IMG/VR virus record: IMGVR_UViG_3300044615_000494
Reading direction: 5' to 3' (one strand)
Source of the DNA: a virus
Length of the DNA: 64,000 nucleotides
Position 1 is the first letter of the stretch. Each line of letters opens with the position of its first letter. The notes below the pieces were generated by a model. That model was not told the origin of the DNA, ran no database searches, and saw only the letters and a program-made list of their open reading frames with translations. Shown one piece after another: positions 50,388-56,561 of the stretch. The translations under genes were made by a program, and so were the position numbers.

Positions 50388-50775
50388 GTGTTTGATATTA
50401 GGTGATAGCATAGCAGTAGGTACACATCAAGCAAGACCTGAGTGTGCTGTATATGCTAGAGGCGGAATCAACAGTAGAGATTTCGTTAACAGATATATAG
50501 GCAAAGACTTAGTTGCCGACACAGTAGTTATCAGTTTGGGTTCTAATGACCATAAAGGTATTAAGACTAAAAACGAATTGATGGATTTGCGAAGTCAAGT
50601 AGTAGCAAAAAAAGTATATTGGATACTGCCTGCAATCAAACCAGAGATACAGGAAATAGTAGAAGAAGTAGCACACAAGTATGGTGATTGGATGATTAGA
50701 ATTCCTCATCTTTCAAATGACGGTGTGCATCCTACTAGGCAAGGATATAAGAAAATAGGAGATATAACAAAATGA
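50380..50775 (+). CDS. SGNH/GDSL hydrolase-like protein
   Basis: GDSIA, GSND and DGVHP blocks. Confidence 0.85.
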   Translation: MLECLILGDSIAVGTHQARPECAVYARGGINSRDFVNRYIGKDLVADTVVISLGSNDHKGIKTKNELMDLRSQVVAKKVYWILPAIKPEIQEIVEEVAHKYGDWMIRIPHLSNDGVHPTRQGYKKIGDITK

Positions 50776-51308
50776 ATGGATTAAGAAATTGGGTAGAAAT
50801 TATCAAAGATAGCATCCCTGACCATAGTAAAGATATAAGATTAAATCTTGACGCAGTAATTAATCGTAGCCTGTTGAGCAAAGAAGATACACATGCAGTC
50901 GCATTAACAAGCGCACTTGCGGCAGGCAATGGAGAACTAGCGTTTGCGATCATGACTTCAGGAGAGTTGGATGAATTTCCTAAAGAAATGGAAGCCGCAA
51001 AAACAGCAGCGAGCCTAATGGGAATGAATAACGTATGGTATCCATATGTCGAGATGACACAGGATCCCGAACTCAAAGGCTTACCTGCAGGATTGCGTAT
51101 GAATGCATACGCAACACACGGTGGTGTATCAAAGAAGCAGTTTGAGATGTATGCACTAGCCGCTAGCGCAATAGGTAAATGTCATTTTTGTGTTAAGAAC
51201 CACTATGATGTTCTTAAGAAGGAAGGAATGACTACACCAGAACTACATCACGTAGGTAAAATCGCTGCCGTGATTAATGCCATTAGCAAAGTAGCGCCAG
51301 ATTTATAA
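50772..51308 (+). CDS. ahpD: Alkyl hydroperoxide reductase AhpD
   Basis: DIRLNL, MNNVWY and ASAIGKCHFCVKNH (CxxC...H). Confidence 0.9.
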   Translation: MNGLRNWVEIIKDSIPDHSKDIRLNLDAVINRSLLSKEDTHAVALTSALAAGNGELAFAIMTSGELDEFPKEMEAAKTAASLMGMNNVWYPYVEMTQDPELKGLPAGLRMNAYATHGGVSKKQFEMYALAASAIGKCHFCVKNHYDVLKKEGMTTPELHHVGKIAAVINAISKVAPDL

Positions 51309-51866
51309 TCTGCCTATAAGCATCATTCTATTATACTTTAGATGCCCATAGTCAAATACTTTTTCACCTTCGAAAAGTATTTGACCCATGGGAAACTTTG
51401 ATTTAAAGTCTTGCATATCAGGTATAGGATGAGTGATGTTCCATACAGGATCATCATTCACTACATTACTAGACTGTATACAAACTAATTGATATGGATT
51501 GACTTTATGATACCAAGTTGCGTCCATATGCTCACAACTAGTATTGATGATCACATTATTGTATCCTAACTCTTTATGAGATATGGTATCAATATGTTTA
51601 GTGACGTTACGTAGTTTGTGCCCTTCACCTATCATCCAAGCATTATTAATTTTGTCTGCTATCTGAGTAGCACGGTCATCTACATCTACTCCTTGTATCA
51701 TATTATACGTCTCTGATTTCCTAGTCAACATCATAAACCCTAGTAAATTATACCAGGATCCTATGATCATGACTTGTGCAGGATCGGGTAAATGCTGTTC
51801 TAATTCTTCACAAAGCCAAAGTTTGCTTTGTAATTGTCCGTGACTGAATGCGTTGAAGTCTATCAT
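51303..51866 (-). CDS. Class I SAM-dependent methyltransferase-like protein
   Basis: Start MIDFNAFSHGQ at 51866. IIGSWY...GVDVD...INTSCEHM pattern. Confidence 0.6.
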   Translation of the reverse strand: MIDFNAFSHGQLQSKLWLCEELEQHLPDPAQVMIIGSWYNLLGFMMLTRKSETYNMIQGVDVDDRATQIADKINNAWMIGEGHKLRNVTKHIDTISHKELGYNNVIINTSCEHMDATWYHKVNPYQLVCIQSSNVVNDDPVWNITHPIPDMQDFKSKFPMGQILFEGEKVFDYGHLKYNRMMLIGRL

Positions 51867-51952
51867 GCTTATATTTACTAACGTTGGTTGATGTATAAAT
51901 AAAACGATGGACTTGTAGAGTCCTTTTTCTATTATATAATCAGGAGAAAAAT

Positions 51953-52135
51953 ATGAAGAATGTAATCGTTTTGGGTTTAGTAGCACTTGCTCTTGTAGCA
52001 TGCGGCAAGAAGGAAGAAGTTAAGGTCGAGCCAGTAGTTGAGGCTGCACCAGCAGTCGTTGCCCCTGCCCCAGCCGCTGAAGTGGGCAAGCCTGCTGATG
52101 AGAAGGTTGAAGCCACTGCACCAGCAGCCAAGTAA
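51953..52135 (+). CDS. Small lipoprotein
   Basis: Signal peptide with lipobox LVAC, then an Ala/Pro/Glu/Lys-rich tail. AGGAG SD. Confidence 0.85.
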   Translation: MKNVIVLGLVALALVACGKKEEVKVEPVVEAAPAVVAPAPAAEVGKPADEKVEATAPAAK

Positions 52136-52192
52136 TTTAAAAAAATCGCCGTTAAATGCGATAAAAAATTACAAGGAATAAATAAATTCACT

Positions 52193-52312
52193 ATGAATAC
52201 TTTACTACTCATATCTAAACATTGGTGTTCCTTACAGATTAGTAAGATGAATGCCTATGCCTTTGGATACGAGACACCACGCAACCAAAGAGATCATGAG
52301 GTGCCCGGGTGA
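52193..52312 (+). CDS. Candidate attenuator leader peptide (39 aa)
   Basis: Not in the ORF track. MNTLLLISKHWCSLQISKMNAYAFGYETPRNQRDHEVPG*, whose stop abuts the first CCCGGG. Confidence 0.6.
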   Translation: MNTLLLISKHWCSLQISKMNAYAFGYETPRNQRDHEVPG

Positions 52313-52342
52313 TGTAAGTTGTTGATTTATAACGAATTTATG

Positions 52343-52376
52343 TCCCGGGCCTAAAAAACCCGGGATTTTTGTTTTT
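52343..52376 (+). terminator. Rho-independent terminator with an alternative (antiterminator) pairing
   Basis: tcccggg-cctaaaaaa-cccggga followed by ttttt-g-ttttt. Confidence 0.85.
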
Positions 52377-52381
52377 GAGGC

Positions 52382-52410
52382 TTGACATTTGGTTTTAGAG
52401 GGTGCATAAT
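52382..52410 (+). promoter_or_regulatory. Sigma70-type early promoter
   Basis: TTGACA-17 nt-CATAAT. Confidence 0.8.
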
Positions 52411-52466
52411 ACATTCTGTGTTGATAATTTAAGGAGACACAGATTAGTAAAAGTTTTAAACAAGGC

Positions 52467-52495
52467 TTGACACGCACATGAATTTGTGCGATGAT
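52467..52495 (+). promoter_or_regulatory. Possible sigma70 promoter with a palindromic spacer
   Basis: TTGACA-17 nt-GATGAT. Spacer cgcaca-tgaatt-tgtgcg is an inverted repeat. Confidence 0.5.
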
Positions 52496-52649
52496 AGCAG
52501 ACTAGTGTGAAATTGAGGGAACGAGGTCCTCACAGCGCACTTTAAACATGCTGTAAACGGGCGGACAGTATACATGAAAGGGTTGGCGATAACTTCCCGA
52601 GTAAGACTACTGACTAGGGCATGACCCTAGTATAGCAAAGGAAACTTTG

Positions 52650-52737
52650 CTATTCTATAAGCACATTCGTTAATGCCATCAGGCTCTGCAACTCGCTTGG
52701 GTACTCCGTGTTAATTTTGAATGTGCTTATAGAATAG
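52650..52737. repeat. Perfect 19-bp inverted repeat just upstream of the first tRNA
   Basis: ctattctataagcacattc (52650-68) / gaatgtgcttatagaatag (52719-37). Confidence 0.9.
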
Positions 52738-52750
52738 TAAATAGTTCGTT

Positions 52751-52826
52751 GCCCATCTAGCTCAGTTGGTAGAGCACCTGATTAGTAATCAGGATGTCGG
52801 CGGTTCGATCCCGTCGATGGGCACCA
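52751..52826 (+). tRNA. trnT: tRNA-Thr(AGT)
   Basis: Acceptor GCCCATC/GATGGGC, anticodon arm cctga-TTAGTAA-tcagg, encoded CCA. Confidence 0.9.
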
Positions 52827-52839
52827 AAGTAAAGATTAT

Positions 52840-52915
52840 TGGCCTATAGCTCAGTCGGTAGAGCATTTGACTGTTAATCAAAGTGTCCCTGGTTCGAGCC
52901 CAGGTAGGCCAGCCA
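52840..52915 (+). tRNA. trnN: tRNA-Asn(GTT)
   Basis: Cloverleaf, loop CTGTTAA, CCA. Confidence 0.95.
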
Positions 52916-52996
52916 ATATTCTGTAGGTAAGATATGTTGAATAGGACATATCACGGTAGTTCGCGGTGTGTGGGGCGACTATCTCTTTTTAATTTT

Positions 52997-53072
52997 GCTC
53001 GGTTCGTCTAGAGGCCTAGGACGCCGCCCTTTCACGGCAGTAACACGGGTTCGAATCCCGTACCGAGTACCA
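52997..53072 (+). tRNA. trnE: tRNA-Glu(TTC)
   Basis: Loop CTTTCAC. One C-A mismatch in the anticodon stem. CCA. Confidence 0.92.
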
Positions 53073-53076
53073 GTTT

Positions 53077-53153
53077 GGGTCTATCGTATAATGGCATATT
53101 ATATCTGGCTCTTAACCAGAAAGATGCAGGTTCAAGTCCTGCTAGGCCCACCA
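53077..53153 (+). tRNA. trnK: tRNA-Lys(CTT)
   Basis: tctgg-CTCTTAA-ccaga, CCA. Confidence 0.9.
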
Positions 53154-53162
53154 AACCTCGGT

Positions 53163-53236
53163 TGAGGGATCATCCAATGGTAGGATAGCGGACTTTGACT
53201 CCGTTCATCTTGGTTCGAATCCAAGTCCCTCAGCCA
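53163..53236 (+). tRNA. trnQ: tRNA-Gln(TTG) copy 1
   Basis: gcgga-CTTTGAC-tccgt, U1-A72, CCA. Confidence 0.92.
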
Positions 53237-53436
53237 GATTATATCATCCTGTCCTTTGATGTAGTAGGGAATGATTATACGGTAAAACATCAGTACAGAG
53301 TGCGAGGTTGTCTGTTGGTAGCATGAATATACTATGAGGTGAACAGAATAGTCTATGTTGCGCGGGGGCATAGATGAGATCAAACTCTATTGTTGTTTAC
53401 GGTGGAGTTAGCCCGCGCCTTAACTAAATATTCTCT

Positions 53437-54036
53437 ATGAACAATTACTTTTTTAAAATAGCAAAATTTGATATCGATGAAACTCTGTTATACAACGAGT
53501 GGTTCCACGTAGCCAACAAATACGATGCGTTTAACAGGACTAAAAAGTTTATAGAAGATATCAATGGGGTAAAAGGTTACAAGACCTATCATAGGTTGCG
53601 AATCAACTATCCCGATAATATGAGTAGTGATATGGATCCAGTTATGATACAAGGGTATAACACTGAAGTAGAGGCTACTGGATATAGCATCGATAATATC
53701 ATTGATGATTTTAAAGGTTCGTATACTGAAAAGATTGCTAGACAAGTGCATGATTTCTTGCTTGAAAAATATCCGGCATATATCGTCACTAATATCAAGT
53801 ATCATTCGATATCACCCAAATCATCAATGACGTTGCATATTGATGATAGCACTAGACCTAGATTTTTTCTTTCTGCTAGCGTACCCGAAGGTTGTTTCAT
53901 GCAAATAAACAATGAGAAGATTCCTATGCATGAGACCGGCGCATTGTACAGAATGATATGCAAAGTGCTACATAATCCATTAAATGAAAGTGATGGTTAT
54001 CGTGTTTCTATGGTTTTTGATATAGCACATAAGTAA
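53437..54036 (+). CDS. 2OG-Fe(II) oxygenase / Asp-Asn beta-hydroxylase-like protein
   Basis: LHID (HxD), LHNPLN (H) and YRVS (R) motifs. Confidence 0.7.
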   Translation: MNNYFFKIAKFDIDETLLYNEWFHVANKYDAFNRTKKFIEDINGVKGYKTYHRLRINYPDNMSSDMDPVMIQGYNTEVEATGYSIDNIIDDFKGSYTEKIARQVHDFLLEKYPAYIVTNIKYHSISPKSSMTLHIDDSTRPRFFLSASVPEGCFMQINNEKIPMHETGALYRMICKVLHNPLNESDGYRVSMVFDIAHK

Positions 54037-54052
54037 GTGCTAAATAAGTTTT

Positions 54053-54210
54053 GTGAGAGTCCGAAAGCAAAGAGTTTAACCAACTACCTGGCTATCAAGG
54101 ATGTATCCGACCTTTTGTTATATTCGATCCCGGTTATTAGGGTGTGCTGTGGTGGCACTGGAAACAAAAGGGGGCATATCTAGCCCTTAAACGGACGATA
54201 GCACCCTCAC
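54053..54210 (+). ncRNA. Candidate rod-shaped ncRNA (about 160 nt)
   Basis: Nested pairings gtgag/ctcac, gtcc/ggac, gtttaa/ttaaac, ggcta/tagcc and ccttttgtt/aacaaaagg. TAAATA motif at 54041-46. Confidence 0.55.
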
Positions 54211-54221
54211 CCCGAATTAAC

Positions 54222-54297
54222 GGGCCTGTAGCTCAGTTGGGAGAGCGCCAGCTTTGCAAGCTGGATGTCGCAAGTTCGATCCTTGTCAGGTCCACCA
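54222..54297 (+). tRNA. trnA: tRNA-Ala(TGC)
   Basis: Loop TTTGCAA, G3-U70, CCA. Confidence 0.95.
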
Positions 54298-54316
54298 GAT
54301 TTTAAGTGAGTTTAAA

Positions 54317-54751
54317 TTGTTGCATCTTATAAATGATTTCACAGATAAGTTTTTCAGTTTCTTGTTAGAAGATCCTGTGAGACCAAATATTCCTCAAGTT
54401 GACCGTATAGGCAACAACAAGGATATCTTTGTCATGCGTGATGAAGATGATAAGGCACAAGCGATAACCTGTGTGAGTTATCAAAAATCTGTTCCTACTA
54501 GTGAGGCTGATCTTTTTGAAATGTGTGAAGAACCCGAGATCGCGGTTTTTTATACGATTTGGAGTTATAAAGCCGGAGCCGGTAGACAATTGATATTTGA
54601 TGCCGCACAGTATATCAAAGAAAACAGACCTGAGATCAAACGTTTTGTCACATTAAGTCCTAAGACTGAAATGGCTAAAAGGTTTCATCTTAAGAACGGT
54701 GCTTTAGTATTCAGAGAAAATACAGACACCGTTAACTATGAATATCTATAA
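54317..54751 (+). CDS. Hypothetical protein, GNAT-like
   Basis: AVFYTIWSY..GAGRQLI...TLSP....RFHLKNGA resembles acetyl-CoA-binding motifs. Start after the tRNA (TTG at about 54317). Confidence 0.55.
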   Translation: MLHLINDFTDKFFSFLLEDPVRPNIPQVDRIGNNKDIFVMRDEDDKAQAITCVSYQKSVPTSEADLFEMCEEPEIAVFYTIWSYKAGAGRQLIFDAAQYIKENRPEIKRFVTLSPKTEMAKRFHLKNGALVFRENTDTVNYEYL

Positions 54752-54755
54752 ATGT

Positions 54756-54830
54756 CGCAGAGTGGAGAAGGGGTATCTCGTCAGGCTCATAACCTGAAGG
54801 TCGGTGGTTCGATTCCATCCTCTGCAACCA
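54756..54830 (+). tRNA. trnfM: Initiator tRNA-fMet(CAT)
   Basis: C1:A72 mismatch, loop CTCATAA, CCA. Confidence 0.88.
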
Positions 54831-54856
54831 ATAACTGTTGTTAAAATACAACAGGC

Positions 54857-54885
54857 TTGACAACGGGACATTTCGGCACTATAAT
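54857..54885 (+). promoter_or_regulatory. Consensus sigma70 promoter
   Basis: TTGACA-17 nt-TATAAT. Confidence 0.9.
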
Positions 54886-54940
54886 ACATGTATTGATGCT
54901 GAAAAAGCGTCCCGTTCTTTAAAATACACGATTTTTTTAT

Positions 54941-55016
54941 ATACCGGTAGCTCAACTGGCAGAGTAGCGGTCTCCAAAACCGCAGGTTGGGGGTTCGATT
55001 CCCTCCCGGTATGCCA
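54941..55016 (+). tRNA. trnW: tRNA-Trp(CCA)
   Basis: gcggt-CTCCAAA-accgc, CCA end. Confidence 0.95.
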
Positions 55017-55022
55017 AATTAT

Positions 55023-55100
55023 GTGTCGGTGGCAGAGCGGCCCATTGCAACGGATTGCAAATCCGTAAAACCGTCAGTTCAAATCTGACCCGACACTCCA
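55023..55100 (+). tRNA. trnC: tRNA-Cys(GCA)
   Basis: acgga-TTGCAAA-tccgt, U73, CCA. Confidence 0.93.
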
Positions 55101-55104
55101 AGTT

Positions 55105-55625
55105 TCATCGGAAAATGGCTGTGACCACCATAACCAGCCCAGTGCTTTTGTACGGCGCAATTCTAGACAAGCCAGAGAGAGCAAACGATAGCAGGGAGAT
55201 TGCTATCCATAACGATGAGCCCTACGTTCCGGGTGTCTCCGGATAGTGTGACCCACACGATGAGAAGTAGTGTGACAACTACGGGTGGTAGTCTTTAAAC
55301 CAAAAGGCCGCTGGCAGTGCGAGAACGGTCCCTGTCGGGAAGCGGGTGGAAGGAGTGTGTGATGGGTATGATAGCGTCATATCTTGATACTCTATAATTA
55401 CCGCCGGGGGACGCAGAGCATTTTAAAATATATTAAGGGTTACCTGATCCGTTAGGTACTTTAAGAGAGGAGCACAGGGGCCGCCCTACGCAATCTTAGA
55501 GTACAGGAAGCGTATGAGTACATTGTACCGAACGTGACGGGCAGTTAGGCAGTAATGACGAAACTGAAAATATGAGAGACGGTCTCATATAGCAAGTCTA
55601 GTTCCCTTAGTGTATTTTAAAATGC
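55105..55625 (+). ncRNA. Candidate large structured RNA (about 520 nt; about 730 nt if it starts at the 54857 promoter)
   Basis: GC-richer block without a long ORF. Many helices plus a 22-bp inverted repeat 55418-39/55604-25. Confidence 0.6.
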
Positions 55626-55639
55626 TAAATTAAATATGC

Positions 55640-55724
55640 GGAGATGAAGCATCAATGGTGATGCAGTGGACTGTAAATCCGCCGCCTTCGGGCACGACTG
55701 GTTCGATCCCAGTAATCTCCACCA
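55640..55724 (+). tRNA. trnY: tRNA-Tyr(GTA)
   Basis: Loop CTGTAAA, long variable arm, CCA. Atypical A8 and G7:A66. Confidence 0.85.
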
Positions 55725-55731
55725 AATATTA

Positions 55732-55808
55732 GCCTCAATAGCTCAGTTGGTTAGAGCATCGTCTTGATAAGGCGGGGGTCCATAGTTCGAATCTATGTTG
55801 AGGCACCA
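55732..55808 (+). tRNA. trnI: tRNA-Ile(GAT)
   Basis: Loop TTGATAA, CCA. Confidence 0.93.
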
Positions 55809-55811
55809 ATT

Positions 55812-55887
55812 GGCAGTGTAGCATAGCGGTTAATGCGCTTCCTTCATACGGAATAGATCGTGTGTTCGAATCACACCACTGCTACCA
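55812..55887 (+). tRNA. trnM: tRNA-Met(CAT), probably elongator
   Basis: Loop TTCATAC, paired 1-72, CCA. An Ile2 identity is not excluded. Confidence 0.85.
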
Positions 55888-55889
55888 AT

Positions 55890-55966
55890 GGTGGCTGTCG
55901 TCAAGCGGTTAAGACCATGGATTGTGATTCCATTATACGTGGGTTCGATTCCCACCAGTCACCCCA
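55890..55966 (+). tRNA. trnH: tRNA-His(GTG)
   Basis: G-1:C73, loop TTGTGAT, CCA. Confidence 0.93.
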
Positions 55967-55970
55967 AATT

Positions 55971-56046
55971 GCCATAGTAGCTCAGTTGGTAGAGCAACGG
56001 ATTGAAAATCCGTGTGTCGTTGGTTCGATTCCAACCTTTGGCACCA
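55971..56046 (+). tRNA. trnF: tRNA-Phe(GAA)
   Basis: acgga-TTGAAAA-tccgt, CCA. Confidence 0.95.
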
Positions 56047-56051
56047 AAAGG

Positions 56052-56080
56052 TTGACAAATAGATTCTTTGATAGTATAAT
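56052..56080 (+). promoter_or_regulatory. Consensus sigma70 promoter
   Basis: TTGACA-17 nt-TATAAT. Confidence 0.9.
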
Positions 56081-56090
56081 TAAAGCATAA

Positions 56091-56182
56091 GGAGAGGTGC
56101 CCGAGAGGCCGAAGGGAGCGGTTTGCTAAACCGTCGAACGTAGAAATATGTTCCGTGGGTTCGAATCCCACTCTCTCCACCA
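56091..56182 (+). tRNA. trnS: tRNA-Ser(GCT)
   Basis: Loop TTGCTAA, long variable arm, CCA. Confidence 0.93.
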
Positions 56183-56390
56183 GACCCCGGTTTACACTTT
56201 TACGTTATATAAAGTGGGTGATTGTCGCAACCATACAGACACGGTGAGATCATTATCGACCGCAAGGCCTGATTTTACGGGCGACTTGAGACACATGATC
56301 GGGCAGAAGTGAAACTGACCTAGATGCAAATATCAACGGACAGGGTAACAACTCAGTTTGGGGCAGAACAGGGAACTGTAGCCAAACACT
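56183..56390 (+). ncRNA. Candidate structured RNA between tRNA-Ser and tRNA-Asp
   Basis: cacttt/aaagtg, gtcgc/gcgac, aaactga/tcagttt, gtttgg/ccaaac and acag-GGAA-ctgt. Confidence 0.4.
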
Positions 56391-56400
56391 TTAGAATTTT

Positions 56401-56477
56401 GGCCCGTTAGATCAGTTGGTTAGATCGCATGCCTGTCACGCATGAGGCCAGGGGTTCAAGTCCCCTACGGGTCGCCA
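56401..56477 (+). tRNA. trnD: tRNA-Asp(GTC)
   Basis: catgc-CTGTCAC-gcatg, CCA. Confidence 0.95.
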
Positions 56478-56484
56478 TATTTTT

Positions 56485-56561
56485 GCGTCTTTAGTTCAGT
56501 GGATCAGAATGCAACGCTACGAACGTTGAGGTCGGAGGTTCGAGTCCTTCAAGGCGCGCCA
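56485..56561 (+). tRNA. trnR: tRNA-Arg(ACG)
   Basis: caacg-CTACGAA-cgttg, CCA. Confidence 0.93.

Noticed and set aside
52232-52477. 81-aa minus-strand ORF in the track, and other ORFs overlapping tRNAs (52968, 53132, 54746, 54838, 55055, 55860, 55959, 56442, 58048, 59857, 61301)
   Set aside because: They overlap promoters, tRNAs or structured RNA, lack RBS and motifs, and are best explained as chance frames.
55105-55625. RNase P RNA, tmRNA or hammerhead ribozyme as identity of the large structured block
   Set aside because: GGGTGGAAGG is reminiscent of RNase P, but GAGGAAAGTCC and the 3' P4 strand are absent. There is no tRNA-like CCA end or tag ORF. GACGAAAC at about 55557 has no matching CTGANGA core.
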